A stretch of 64,000 nucleotides of DNA from an uncultured virus (IMG/VR IMGVR_UViG_3300025138_000028). Lineage: Duplodnaviria > Heunggongvirae > Uroviricota > Caudoviricetes. Under the pieces are notes generated by a model. It saw nothing but the letters and a program-made list of their open reading frames with translations, searched no databases and was not told the DNA's origin. Below, piece by piece: positions 1 through 10,558 of the stretch. Made by a program: the position numbers and the translations under genes. The DNA is taken from IMG/VR virus record IMGVR_UViG_3300025138_000028. The stretch is one strand, 5' to 3'. Position 1 is the stretch's first letter, and each line of letters begins with the position of its first letter.

Positions 1-189
1 GAGCCAGAGCCGCTTACTATGGAAGAAAGAAAACAGATACAAGAGGATCAGTATCTGGCAAGGCCTTATGGATCAAAAGAAGTTGCTGAAGGAGGAATAA
101 AAAGAACGCTAAATGGAAAACTGTTTCCAAATAGAACATATAGTGTAGTTCCTGATGGCAATAATTGGAAAATAATTAGAGTTAGCTAA
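1..189 (+). CDS. 3' end of a gene truncated by the window edge (hypothetical)
   Basis: Frame 1 is open from base 1 (EPEPLTMEERKQ...WKIIRVS) to TAA at 187-189. Confidence 0.6.
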   Translation, partial: EPEPLTMEERKQIQEDQYLARPYGSKEVAEGGIKRTLNGKLFPNRTYSVVPDGNNWKIIRVS

Positions 190-195
190 AATTCA

Positions 196-203
196 TATAA
201 ATA
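196..203 (+). promoter_or_regulatory. T4-type late promoter TATAAATA
   Basis: Exact gp55 late consensus, intergenic, 28 nt before the gp25 start. Confidence 0.8.
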
Positions 204-230
204 TAATTAAGAATAAAAAAGAGACAATAG

Positions 231-692
231 ATGGCAAATAAAGCTTTAGCATTAGAAGATAGAGACTTAGGAATTTTACCTCAATTAACCTTGAGAACGA
301 GTTCTTATAAAGACATAGACTTGTCTTTTTCTGTGCATAGTAGGGCAACATCCTCTAATCCTTTAGATATTTTTAAAAAAACAGATGCAGACTCAGTTAA
401 ACAGGCAATCAAAAACATACTACTCACAAATCATTATGAAAAGCCTTTTAATCCTTTTTTTGGAGGAAATGTAACAAGACTCTTTTTCGAATTAGCTGAC
501 GATATTACCGAGACAGAAGTAGAGGAAGCTATTAGACAAACAATAAGTAGTTTTGAGTCTAGAGTAGAAATTCTAAACATTCTTGCGAAAATAAATCCAG
601 ATTCAAATTCATGCAATGTCAGAATAGTCTTTAGAGTTATAGGAAGTGACGCTGAGACAATTTTAGACACAGACATTTCAAGGTTAAGATAA
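231..692 (+). CDS. gp25: Baseplate wedge subunit gp25-like
   Basis: Motifs YKDIDLSF, SVKQAIKNILLTNHYEKPFNPFFG and FESRV; lies directly before gp6. Confidence 0.9.
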   Translation: MANKALALEDRDLGILPQLTLRTSSYKDIDLSFSVHSRATSSNPLDIFKKTDADSVKQAIKNILLTNHYEKPFNPFFGGNVTRLFFELADDITETEVEEAIRQTISSFESRVEILNILAKINPDSNSCNVRIVFRVIGSDAETILDTDISRLR

Positions 693-2537
693 ATGGCAAC
701 AAATATTACATCAACTCAACTAGACTTTGACAATATAAAAACGTCACTTAAAACGTATTTTGCTCAACAGTCCGAATTTAGCGATTATGATTTTGAAGCA
801 TCAGGTCTTAACAATATATTAGATGTTTTAGCATATAATACACACTTTAATGGCTTAGTCGCAAATTTTGCTACGAATGAATCGTTTTTAAATACCGCTC
901 AATTAAGATCATCTGTTGTATCACATGCTGAAGCTTTGGGCTATAGACCAAGATCAAAAATGTCTGCTAAATCTACATTAGAAGTTAGTATAAATTTATC
1001 TGGAGTATCTGTTCCTTTAAGACCCACATCAATTACTCTACCCATAGGCACTACATTTACTGCATCTAATGAAAATGGATCATACACATTCAGAACAAAA
1101 ATATCTTATGAAGCTACAGATGACGGAAATGGAATATATACTTTTTTTGATGACAATGCTGAAGCTAAAGTTTTAATACATGAAGGAATTGAAAAGACTA
1201 AAACATTTTTTGTTGACTCTCTAAGTGAAAATCAAGTATATGTTATTCCTGATAAGACAATTGATACAGCTATTATGAAAGTCTCTGTTTTTAATTCTCC
1301 TACAAGTTCAACATTTGAAACATATACATTCTTAGAAGATGCTATAAAAGTAGACGCGACAACAACATATTTTGATATAAAAGAAGCGCCTAATGGATTC
1401 TATGAATTAAATTTTGGTGATGGGAAAAGTTTTGGCAAATCACCTAAAGTGGGAAGTAAAATTGTAGTTACATATAATTCTACATCGGCTCAAGAAGGAA
1501 ATATTTGTAGTGGATTTAGTGCTGTAGCAGATTTACAAGTCAACGGAGTAGACAGACCTATTTTAATAGGAAGCCAAGTTTCATCTTATGGTGGATCAGA
1601 TGTAGAATCTATAGAGTCTGTTAGAAAACTTGCTCCTATTCAATTTTCTGCTCAACAAAGATTAGTGACGGCTATAGATTATAAAGGTATGATCGAAAGT
1701 AAATTTCCTATCGTAGAAGATGTTACTGTGTGGGGAGGAGAAGATAATTTTCCTATAGATTATGGTAAAGTTTATATTTCGTTAAAATTCCCAACAGGCA
1801 CATCAAATCTAATTCAACAACAAACTAAAAATAAAATAAAAACTCATTTTACAGACAGTTTAGCTATTATGTCCATAGACAACGTATTCGTTGAGCCTGA
1901 AATGTCTTTCTTAGAGTTACAGACAAATTTTTATTACAATAATAGTTTAACGTCAAAAACACAGTCTACATTAGAAAATTCTGTGAAAATAGCAATTTCA
2001 AATCATTTCACTTCAAACTATGGAAAATTCGAAAAGAAATTTAGAAGATCACCACTACTGACTGAGATAGATGATTTAGACAAATCTATATTAGCTTCTA
2101 GAATGGATATAAAAGTACAGCAAAGATTTAATCCTGCTTTAGGACAAAACTTGGCTTATGATATAAACTTTCCTGTTGCTTTATCAAGTACAAATACTTC
2201 GGATTATATAATTTCTTCATCTATGTTTATTTTTAACGGCGAAAACTGTATCTTTAGAAATAAGTTAGGTAAAAATACAATAGAAATATTTGAGCCTAAT
2301 ACTGGAAAAGTTGTATCTGGAAACATAGGAGAATATGATTTTCTTACCGGTTCACTTAGTCTCACTACATTTTTTCCTACAGCGATAGTGGGAGGTTTGC
2401 CCTACATAAAAGTTTCAGCTACTCCATTAGATCAAGGAGTTCTTAGTCCTCTTAGAAATTTCATTTTCACTTTAGATGAATCAGAAAATAAAGCTTTCGG
2501 AAATGTAGAAACAAATGAAATCAAAATAGTGCTATAA
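693..2537 (+). CDS. gp6: Baseplate wedge subunit gp6
   Basis: LDFDNIKTSLK...DYDFEASGLNNILDVLAYNTH...ESFLNTAQLRSSVVSHA; QQRLVTAIDY; WGGEDN. Confidence 0.95.
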   Translation: MATNITSTQLDFDNIKTSLKTYFAQQSEFSDYDFEASGLNNILDVLAYNTHFNGLVANFATNESFLNTAQLRSSVVSHAEALGYRPRSKMSAKSTLEVSINLSGVSVPLRPTSITLPIGTTFTASNENGSYTFRTKISYEATDDGNGIYTFFDDNAEAKVLIHEGIEKTKTFFVDSLSENQVYVIPDKTIDTAIMKVSVFNSPTSSTFETYTFLEDAIKVDATTTYFDIKEAPNGFYELNFGDGKSFGKSPKVGSKIVVTYNSTSAQEGNICSGFSAVADLQVNGVDRPILIGSQVSSYGGSDVESIESVRKLAPIQFSAQQRLVTAIDYKGMIESKFPIVEDVTVWGGEDNFPIDYGKVYISLKFPTGTSNLIQQQTKNKIKTHFTDSLAIMSIDNVFVEPEMSFLELQTNFYYNNSLTSKTQSTLENSVKIAISNHFTSNYGKFEKKFRRSPLLTEIDDLDKSILASRMDIKVQQRFNPALGQNLAYDINFPVALSSTNTSDYIISSSMFIFNGENCIFRNKLGKNTIEIFEPNTGKVVSGNIGEYDFLTGSLSLTTFFPTAIVGGLPYIKVSATPLDQGVLSPLRNFIFTLDESENKAFGNVETNEIKIVL

Positions 2538-2539
2538 CT

Positions 2540-3727
2540 ATGACAAAAGATATAAAAGATACTACGTTAGATATAACTATTAGACAAGACTTGATTTCTC
2601 AAGTTTTGCCTGAGTATTTTACTACGGATTATCCAAATCTAATAACTTTTCTTGAAACATATTATGATTATATGGATTCATCCGGAGAGTTTGGAGAATG
2701 TTTAAAAGATTTGTATGATATAAGAGATATTGGTTCAACTAAACTTCAATACATAGATAACATGTTTGAAGAATTTGCATTGGGATTAGGACAAGATTTC
2801 TTTGTTGAACCTAGAGAAATTTTAAGAAACTTTGCAAAATTTTTCAGAGTAAAGGGTTCACTGTTTTCGGCCGAAGGATTCTTTAGATCATTTTATAACG
2901 ACACTGATGTTGAGATAGAATATCCTAAAAAAGATATATTTCTATTGGGAGATAGTTCTTCATTCATAGGGCCCAAATCACAAAAAATTATTCAAGACGG
3001 TGGTGTGTATCAGATACTATCCATTTTGATTAAATCAAAAACTAATTTAAATTCATACCAAGATTTATATAAGAAATTTGTTCATCCTTCAGGATTTCAT
3101 CTTGCAGCGGAAATGCAAATAGATAATAATCAGATTATAACTATAGCTTCATCTACTCCACAAGAATATATTGACCCCGATTTAGATTTAGATAGTGTAG
3201 AGTTAAGTTTTAAATCTCAAGCAACTTCTTTGAATTGTCATTCTCTGGCAGCTATTAATAGTACCGCTATTCTAGACCTTAGTGATAGCGCATTCGACAG
3301 TAATAGTTTACTTCAAATAGGAGAAGATTCCAATGCATTCACACTTGAATGGGGAGGAATATCGAATAATGCTTATATTGTAAGAGTCAATAATAAAGAT
3401 TTGGCACATACAAAATCATTCATCGATAGTGATTATTATGCATTATCAGATCAATGGGGATACGGTATTGATAGTATAAATTTAAATACAGCAACAGTAA
3501 ACGAATTTGCGTTTAATTCTGCTCCAGCAATTTATGAATGGCAAACAGGATCAACTTATGACTCAGGTAGACATAGAACTATTTTAGAGTTTACAGCATG
3601 TGAAGGTGATAGTGGCGCTAATAAGTTTATAAATAGTATTGGAAAAGACGTATATACACTAACAAAAACAACATTAAGTGATATAAACGGCAAAACATTA
3701 AGAGAATTAGATAACGCTTTAATCTAA
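2540..3727 (+). CDS. gp7: Baseplate wedge initiator gp7-like (short form) with DS-rich C-terminal half
   Basis: LPEYFTTDYPNLITFLETYYDYM, FFRVKGS...FFRSFY and VHPSGF motifs; position between gp6 and gp8. Confidence 0.7.
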   Translation: MTKDIKDTTLDITIRQDLISQVLPEYFTTDYPNLITFLETYYDYMDSSGEFGECLKDLYDIRDIGSTKLQYIDNMFEEFALGLGQDFFVEPREILRNFAKFFRVKGSLFSAEGFFRSFYNDTDVEIEYPKKDIFLLGDSSSFIGPKSQKIIQDGGVYQILSILIKSKTNLNSYQDLYKKFVHPSGFHLAAEMQIDNNQIITIASSTPQEYIDPDLDLDSVELSFKSQATSLNCHSLAAINSTAILDLSDSAFDSNSLLQIGEDSNAFTLEWGGISNNAYIVRVNNKDLAHTKSFIDSDYYALSDQWGYGIDSINLNTATVNEFAFNSAPAIYEWQTGSTYDSGRHRTILEFTACEGDSGANKFINSIGKDVYTLTKTTLSDINGKTLRELDNALI

Positions 3728-3739
3728 GTAGGAAATGAT

Positions 3740-5110
3740 ATGGCATCAATTGTAACAGAAAATCTAAAACAGAATTTAATTCAACCTGTAATAGATGATA
3801 TAAGAACTGGAACAAGTCCAGCATTTTACTTAGGAATTGGTAAATCTAATGCCTGGGCAAATGGTAGTGACTCTGCTCCTAGTCCACTTAATAACGTATT
3901 AGAAGAAAACAATTTTAGAAGAAATTTGCAGTCAGTAATAAAAATTAATACAGCTTCATTTGTTGTTAAAAGATATAATTGGGCAACAAATACAGTATAT
4001 ACTCAGTATGATGACACAAAATTGTTAAGTGATTATCCTGTATCTGAACCTTTTTATGTTATGAATTTAAATCAGTCTGTTTATATGTGCCTACAGACAG
4101 GAAGAAGTGCTGCTGGAGATATTGTGGCATCAACAGTTGAACCAACATCAGAGAACGTTGATCCTTTTGGAACATCTGATGGTTATATTTGGAAATACTT
4201 ATATACCGTTTCAGCACTTGATGCTAATTTTTATATGACACAAAATTTCATTCCTGTAGGTAAAATAAACAGTGTAGATTCAAATTCGACTGGTACTGAA
4301 AACAAACAATTTCAAGTCCAGCAAAACGCTCAAGATCAAATGATAACATCTTTCGTTGTTATGGATAGCGGATCAAGCTACTCAGCTAATTGTAAAATAA
4401 ATGTAAATGGTGTGTATGATCCTTTCATAAACGTGACCGTCAATTCAGGAAAAATATCTAAAGTTGAATATCACCCAGATTCTTCTACATTTCATTACAG
4501 AAGTAATCTTGATGGCGCAGTTTTACAGACTAATGATTCAACTGGCAGCGGAGCAATTATTAGACCTATATTTTCTACTGGTCAAGGTGTTGGCGCAAAT
4601 GCGATTAATGATCTTAAATCTGAGTCTATTTTAATAAACTCTAAAATTATAGGAAATCAGTCAGATTTTATTACATCTCAAGATTTTAGACAGATTGGAA
4701 TAATTAAAGGTTTAAGAGATTCTTCAAATGGAACATTTTGGACACAGAACACAGGGCAATGTTTATACTCTATGACTTTAGATAGTATTGGTTCTGCTTT
4801 CACTAAAGATGGTGAAATATTAGGAGCAACTTCTGGAGCAAAAGCTTGGGTAGATAATGTTGATGGATCAACGATACATTATCATCAATACGATTCAACA
4901 GGATTTTTAAATTTTGTTGCTGGAGAAGTTATTAACGAAGTGGGTTCTACCGGATCAGGCAAAATTGCATCTGGGTCTGCGAAAATTTTACCAGAAGTGA
5001 GTCCTAGAACTGGTGAAATACTGTATATAGATAATAAGTCTGCCATTGTTAGAACAGTGAGTCAGACAGAAGATATAAAAATTGTCATAAAATTAGATAA
5101 TTGCAGTTGA
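3740..5110 (+). CDS. gp8: Baseplate wedge subunit gp8-like
   Basis: FYVMNLNQSVYMCL, DGYIWKYLYTV, DFRQIGII and GEILYIDN...EDIKIVI. Confidence 0.9.
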   Translation: MASIVTENLKQNLIQPVIDDIRTGTSPAFYLGIGKSNAWANGSDSAPSPLNNVLEENNFRRNLQSVIKINTASFVVKRYNWATNTVYTQYDDTKLLSDYPVSEPFYVMNLNQSVYMCLQTGRSAAGDIVASTVEPTSENVDPFGTSDGYIWKYLYTVSALDANFYMTQNFIPVGKINSVDSNSTGTENKQFQVQQNAQDQMITSFVVMDSGSSYSANCKINVNGVYDPFINVTVNSGKISKVEYHPDSSTFHYRSNLDGAVLQTNDSTGSGAIIRPIFSTGQGVGANAINDLKSESILINSKIIGNQSDFITSQDFRQIGIIKGLRDSSNGTFWTQNTGQCLYSMTLDSIGSAFTKDGEILGATSGAKAWVDNVDGSTIHYHQYDSTGFLNFVAGEVINEVGSTGSGKIASGSAKILPEVSPRTGEILYIDNKSAIVRTVSQTEDIKIVIKLDNCS

Positions 5111-5125
5111 TAGGAAAACAAGCTA

Positions 5126-6079
5126 ATGGTTAAAACTTTTACCAAAGACATACTTGCATCAAAATATAGAGATGATTTTGATGAGGATAAAGGCTATCAA
5201 AGAGTTATTTTCAACAATAGTCGTGCATTACAAGCGAGAGAATTAACACAACTTCAAACAATTATTCAAGAAAGCTTGGGTAGATTTGGCAGAAATATCT
5301 TCAAAGAAGGAGCAGCTATTTCTGAAGGAGGACTTTCTATAAATCGAAGATTTAGATTTATTAAGTTAAATACTGCGACATATAATTTACCTGACGACCC
5401 AGATTCTTTAGTGGGTACATCTTTTATTGCACAAACTTCTGGTGTTACAGTTAAAGTCGTACAAGTATTAGAGGCAAGTGGCTCAGACCCTGCAACTATT
5501 TACGTTAATTATACTAACACTGTTGCAGCAACTTCAACATCTACAACAATTAGTGTTACTCCAGGAGAAGAACTAGTACAAGTCGAAGGTTCTCAAAGGT
5601 TAGTTGTTCAAGAATTGAATACAAATTCAAACCCGGCTTTTGGCTTTGGAACAAAAATATCTGCGGGAGAAGCGGACTTTTTTACGTCTGGATTTTTTAT
5701 TCATACTCCCATGCAGGAATTAATTCTATCGAAATATTCCAATTCAGTAAATAAAGTTGTAGGATTCAGAGTAAGCCAAGATATTATTACAGCAGATGAC
5801 GATAATACACTTTATGACAATCAAGGAACTCTACCAAATTTTACTGCTCCTGGGGCAGACAGATATAGAATTAGATTAACATTAACTACACAAGACCAAA
5901 TAACTGCCGGACAAACATTTTGTTACTTTGCACAGGTAACGAATTCTCAAATAACAGATAAAGTATCAGGATTAGATCAATACAACCTTGTGAACGATTT
6001 AATGGCTACACGGACAAATGATGAGTCTGGAGATTATACAGTTACACCATTTTTCATAAGATTCGAGGATAGCGCATAA
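5126..6079 (+). CDS. VrlC/DUF4815-like virion structural protein, N-terminal part
   Basis: YRDDFDEDKGYQRVIF, ALQARELTQLQTIIQ, APGADRYRI and RTNDESGDY. Confidence 0.8.
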   Translation: MVKTFTKDILASKYRDDFDEDKGYQRVIFNNSRALQARELTQLQTIIQESLGRFGRNIFKEGAAISEGGLSINRRFRFIKLNTATYNLPDDPDSLVGTSFIAQTSGVTVKVVQVLEASGSDPATIYVNYTNTVAATSTSTTISVTPGEELVQVEGSQRLVVQELNTNSNPAFGFGTKISAGEADFFTSGFFIHTPMQELILSKYSNSVNKVVGFRVSQDIITADDDNTLYDNQGTLPNFTAPGADRYRIRLTLTTQDQITAGQTFCYFAQVTNSQITDKVSGLDQYNLVNDLMATRTNDESGDYTVTPFFIRFEDSA

Positions 6080-9000
6080 TGTCAACGATTAAACTAAGAA
6101 TATCTCCTGGTAAAGCATATGTTAATGGGTATAAAATCACAAAAAACATTCCTACTTTTTTATCGGTAAATAAATCGACAACTACAAAAGAGATGACTAA
6201 TGATACTCTAGGCGCATCTTATGGGCAGTATATATTGTTGTCAAGTATAGTAGGTCTTCCAGACATAAACTCTATTCCTGAACTTCAAATTAATAATGGA
6301 ACAGCATTATCAGGATCTGCTGTAGGAACGTGTAGAGTCAGGGCAGTTGAATCATACGTCGATGGTTCGAATACTTATTATAAGCTATACATTATTGATA
6401 TTACTATGAATGCCAATAAAGCTTTCGATGTTGAAACTATTAGTGTTGGTCCAAATAACCAAGCTTGGTATGGAAATATTCTTAGAGAAAATAATAGAAC
6501 TATTTTACATAATTCAAACGCAAAAGGACTAATTTTTCCTCTACCTAGACGAAGGGCAAAAACTGTTACTAATCTTTCTATATACAGACAGAAAAAATAT
6601 ACTGCTGATTTAGCACCCGGTGCAACAACAGCTACTATTACTGCAGATACTGGAGAGGTTTTTGTCAACGGCTCAAAATGGATTGTATGTAAAGCAAATT
6701 CTGCACCTGAAACTGTGACCGTATCTGGTATTAATACATCTTCAGCATCAATTTCAGGAGTTGCTCAAAATGGAGGAGTATCTAATGAAGCTGTAGATGT
6801 TATTGCGTACACGTATAAAGCAAGTGCTAATCTTGCTCCTAAATCTTTGCAAAATGGAACTAGAAGTTATAGTGTTAGTTGGACTGCAGGCGCACAAGAC
6901 GTTGAAGTTGATATGTTAGAAGTTGATGTTGTTAATATCAAATCTATTAAATATAATGATATTAATGGAGATGTAATTACAGATAAATTCATTTTAGATA
7001 ATGGAGCAAGAGATGCTTTTTATGAAACAAGTAAGTTAAGATTAAAAAATAATACCATTCTAGACTATCTTGTAATTTATGTTGAATTTGAATATTTCGA
7101 ACATGGTCAAGGTGATTATTTTGCGCCAAATTCTTACAGTGGAGCAGGCTTTCAATACTCTGATATTCCTAACCATATAATGGATAATGGAGCTGTCATT
7201 GACTTAAAAGACTGTATTGATTTAAGACCCACTAAGGGCACAACAGGCAACTTTTCTACAGGTTCTGCTGTTGTCATGGCAATTCCTGAAAACGGTTCTA
7301 TAATTACATTTGATGCCGAATATTATTTACCTAGATATGATAAATTAGTAGTACAAGAAGATGGTTCTTTTAAATATCTTGAGGGTACTCCAGCTTTCTT
7401 ACCAGAATTTCCAGATACGCCCACAACAGCAATGGAACTTTATAGACTTAGATTAAATCCTGCAACATTAAATAGTAATGACTTATCATTTTCGATGATT
7501 GAAAACAAACGTTATACTATGCGCGACATTGGAAAAATGGAAAAAAGATTAGATGATGTTGAGGAAGCAGTATCTTTATCCTTGCTAGAAGTTGATACGC
7601 GAAATATAGAAGTTTTAGATGAAAATGGAAATACTAGAACTAAAACTGGATTTGTTGCAGATAATTTTGCTGATCAATATTTCACAGATATATCAAGTTC
7701 AGAATATAGAGCATCTATTGATCCACAAGAACAATTTGCAAGACCTAAATTCAATGCTAATAATATAGGTCTTGTTTACGATCCTACAATATCGACAAAT
7801 ACGATAATGGTAGGAGATAATGTATATCTAAACTACACACACGAAGATTACATTACTCAGGCATTAGCATCCGGAACAGAAAATGTTAACCCATTTATGA
7901 TAATGAGTTTTAGAGGACACATTAAATTATCACCTTCAAGTGATGATTGGAAAGAAGTTGAGTATATAGGTCCTAATATTATTCCAGGAGGTACTAGACT
8001 CAATACAGATGCAGCAATGCTTTGGAACGAATGGGAATGGAATTGGGCAGGATCAGATTTGAGTGGATTAGATGTGGGATCATCTATATCTCAAAGTAAT
8101 GATGTTGGTGATACAGCATTTACAGATGTATCTCACTTTAGAGTAAGAAGTGGATGGCTTGGAACTGGTAGACGTACTTTTAGAACTACAACGACTGGTG
8201 TAAATAGAACAACTCAGACTGTAGTGAATCGAGTCGTTTCAAGCGAAACTATCAGCGAAGTTATAGGTGACAGACTTGTACAGTGGCATTCCATACCATT
8301 CATGCGTTCTAAATTAGTATATTTTAGAGGTGAAGGTCTTCAACCAAATACACAAATGTTTGCTTTCTTTGATGGAGTAGATGTATCAAAATGGGTAAGA
8401 CAAGAATCTTTCACATCATTTAATTCACATAAAGCTACTGAATTTGGAAATACCATGGTAGCTGCAACAAACCATCCTAACGGAAATACTGCGCTATACA
8501 CTGATGGTAATGGAATTTGCTCAGGTTCATTCTTTATTCCATCCACAGGTGATATAAGATTTTTAACTGGAGCCACAGAGTTTAAGCTTACTGATATTAC
8601 AGTCCTTGATGATACAAACGCTATTTCTGTGGGGTCTGCAATCTTTACATCAACAGGCATTCTAGATACAAGGCAAGAAGATATTCTATCGACTCGATTG
8701 TTAGAGGTTGTAGGAGAATCTAGTGTAGCAACTAGAAGAATTGTAACCTCAACAACAACACAAAGAATTGATCCATTAGCACAATCATTTACAATTAATG
8801 AATCGACGGGTGTTTTTATAACAAAAGTATCTCTGTTCTTTAAACAAAAAAGTTCGAACCATCCTGTTTGGATTCAACTACGTCCTATGGTAAATGGTTA
8901 TCCAGCTTCAGATATTATTGTACCTGGTTCTCAAAAACTATTAACTTCTCCGCAAGTAAGTGTATCAGAAGATGCAAGCGTTGCTACTGAATTTATTTTT

Positions 9001-10344
9001 GACGAACCAATCTACCTAAAAGGATATACTGATTACTGTGTCGTTTGCTTAACAGATAATACAGATTATCTTCTATACACAAGTAAAGTCGGAGACTTTG
9101 TTCTAGGCTCTACTGAGCAAAAGATTAATAGACAGCCATTTATGGGTTCACTATTTAAGTCTCAAAACAGCGTTACTTGGGAAGCAGCGCAATGGCAAGA
9201 TATGAAATTTAAGCTTCATAGGGCCAAATTTACGCCAACTACAGGAGTAGCTGGATTCAAAAACGCTAATGTTCCTAACAGATTACTTACTTCTGATCCT
9301 ATTCTATTGTTTGGAAAAGCATCGGCTAGAACTAACGTGAAAGTTACTGCGCCAAATCACGGTCTATTAGTGGGAGACTCTGTTGTTATTTCAGGAGTAG
9401 TTGATTCTGCATATGCTTCATTTATAAACAATGGAGGAACAGCACACACTATTACAGAAGTTGATGTAAATAGCTTTGCGTTTAATATGAGTACAATTAG
9501 TCCTGTTTTAAATGTCGAGAAAATTACAGGAGGAAATGCTGTTAGTATTACTCCTCAATACATTTATAGTACTTTATGGCCAAATATAGAGAAAATTAGT
9601 CCTGTTAGTACATCCGTAACATTTTCTCATATTGGCACTAGCGGAAAATCTTATGCAGGTAATGAATCGCCTTACGCGCACTATTCTTCGGAATTCTTGA
9701 AATTAAAATCTAATAACTATTATGAGACACCTAGAGTTATTGCTCATCCTACAAAAGAATTATCATTGACCAATAATACATCATTAAGAATTACTGGTAA
9801 CATGGAAACATCTTCAAATTTTGTTTCTCCTGTTATTGATGTACAAAGAGCATCTGCAAATCTTATTGAAAATGTTATTGATAATCCAGTAGATGTTGCT
9901 ACTGTTACGACAGGAACAAATAATGTTGTCTTTGATTCGACTACTTCCGGTCAAGAGAAATTTAAAAGTGAGACTGATCCTCTTGTAGGTTCAGCAGCAT
10001 CTAAACATATCACAAAATCTGTAACTTTGTTAGCTACCGCGCAAGGTTTAAAAGTATTCATAGGCGCGAATAGACCTTCTGTATGTGGGATGGATCTTTA
10101 CTATAAAGCAATTATGGGAGAGAAATCTTATGATGCTGTTAATTGGGTAAAAGCTGATCCAGACACAATTATGCCACCAGATGAAGATCCTACAGTATTC
10201 AGAGATTATGTGTACACGATAGGTGGTGATACAGGCACTTTGCCAGATTTCACTAAATTTAAATTAAAAATAGTATTTACATCTTCTAATAGTTCTAAAA
10301 TTCCTACTATTAGAGACCTAAGAGCGATTAGTTTAGGAGATTAA
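6079..10344 (+). CDS. VrlC/DUF4815-like virion structural protein, C-terminal part
   Basis: SPGKAYVNGY, NKRYTMRDIGKMEKR, KTGFVADNF, DPLAQSF, GSLFKSQN and final IPTIRDLRAI; overlaps the upstream stop (TAATG). Confidence 0.8.
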   Translation: MSTIKLRISPGKAYVNGYKITKNIPTFLSVNKSTTTKEMTNDTLGASYGQYILLSSIVGLPDINSIPELQINNGTALSGSAVGTCRVRAVESYVDGSNTYYKLYIIDITMNANKAFDVETISVGPNNQAWYGNILRENNRTILHNSNAKGLIFPLPRRRAKTVTNLSIYRQKKYTADLAPGATTATITADTGEVFVNGSKWIVCKANSAPETVTVSGINTSSASISGVAQNGGVSNEAVDVIAYTYKASANLAPKSLQNGTRSYSVSWTAGAQDVEVDMLEVDVVNIKSIKYNDINGDVITDKFILDNGARDAFYETSKLRLKNNTILDYLVIYVEFEYFEHGQGDYFAPNSYSGAGFQYSDIPNHIMDNGAVIDLKDCIDLRPTKGTTGNFSTGSAVVMAIPENGSIITFDAEYYLPRYDKLVVQEDGSFKYLEGTPAFLPEFPDTPTTAMELYRLRLNPATLNSNDLSFSMIENKRYTMRDIGKMEKRLDDVEEAVSLSLLEVDTRNIEVLDENGNTRTKTGFVADNFADQYFTDISSSEYRASIDPQEQFARPKFNANNIGLVYDPTISTNTIMVGDNVYLNYTHEDYITQALASGTENVNPFMIMSFRGHIKLSPSSDDWKEVEYIGPNIIPGGTRLNTDAAMLWNEWEWNWAGSDLSGLDVGSSISQSNDVGDTAFTDVSHFRVRSGWLGTGRRTFRTTTTGVNRTTQTVVNRVVSSETISEVIGDRLVQWHSIPFMRSKLVYFRGEGLQPNTQMFAFFDGVDVSKWVRQESFTSFNSHKATEFGNTMVAATNHPNGNTALYTDGNGICSGSFFIPSTGDIRFLTGATEFKLTDITVLDDTNAISVGSAIFTSTGILDTRQEDILSTRLLEVVGESSVATRRIVTSTTTQRIDPLAQSFTINESTGVFITKVSLFFKQKSSNHPVWIQLRPMVNGYPASDIIVPGSQKLLTSPQVSVSEDASVATEFIFDEPIYLKGYTDYCVVCLTDNTDYLLYTSKVGDFVLGSTEQKINRQPFMGSLFKSQNSVTWEAAQWQDMKFKLHRAKFTPTTGVAGFKNANVPNRLLTSDPILLFGKASARTNVKVTAPNHGLLVGDSVVISGVVDSAYASFINNGGTAHTITEVDVNSFAFNMSTISPVLNVEKITGGNAVSITPQYIYSTLWPNIEKISPVSTSVTFSHIGTSGKSYAGNESPYAHYSSEFLKLKSNNYYETPRVIAHPTKELSLTNNTSLRITGNMETSSNFVSPVIDVQRASANLIENVIDNPVDVATVTTGTNNVVFDSTTSGQEKFKSETDPLVGSAASKHITKSVTLLATAQGLKVFIGANRPSVCGMDLYYKAIMGEKSYDAVNWVKADPDTIMPPDEDPTVFRDYVYTIGGDTGTLPDFTKFKLKIVFTSSNSSKIPTIRDLRAISLGD

Positions 10345-10348
10345 AATA

Positions 10349-10558
10349 ATGGATCTGGTAAAAATTAAGAATGAGAGTGAATATATGCGTGATTTAAATA
10401 GTGGAGCTATTGTAAATACGAACACTATAGATATAGAAAAACGTCGAAATTTGAAATTAAAAAAACGTCAAGAAAAAATAGAATTTGAAAATTTAAAAGT
10501 TGAAGTAAATGACATTAAGAAAATGTTAATCGAAATATCCAGAAAGTTAGGTGACTAA
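10349..10558 (+). CDS. Small coiled-coil protein of T4-like phages (hypothetical)
   Basis: RBS AGGAG; RDLNSGAIVNTN followed by a coiled-coil-like tail; coupled to the next gene by TAATG. Confidence 0.7.
   Translation: MDLVKIKNESEYMRDLNSGAIVNTNTIDIEKRRNLKLKKRQEKIEFENLKVEVNDIKKMLIEISRKLGD

Noticed and set aside
3628..3635. TATAAATA inside the 3' end of gp7
   Set aside because: Could be a gp8 promoter, but it is intragenic and such 8-mers arise by chance in AT-rich DNA; not supportable on its own.
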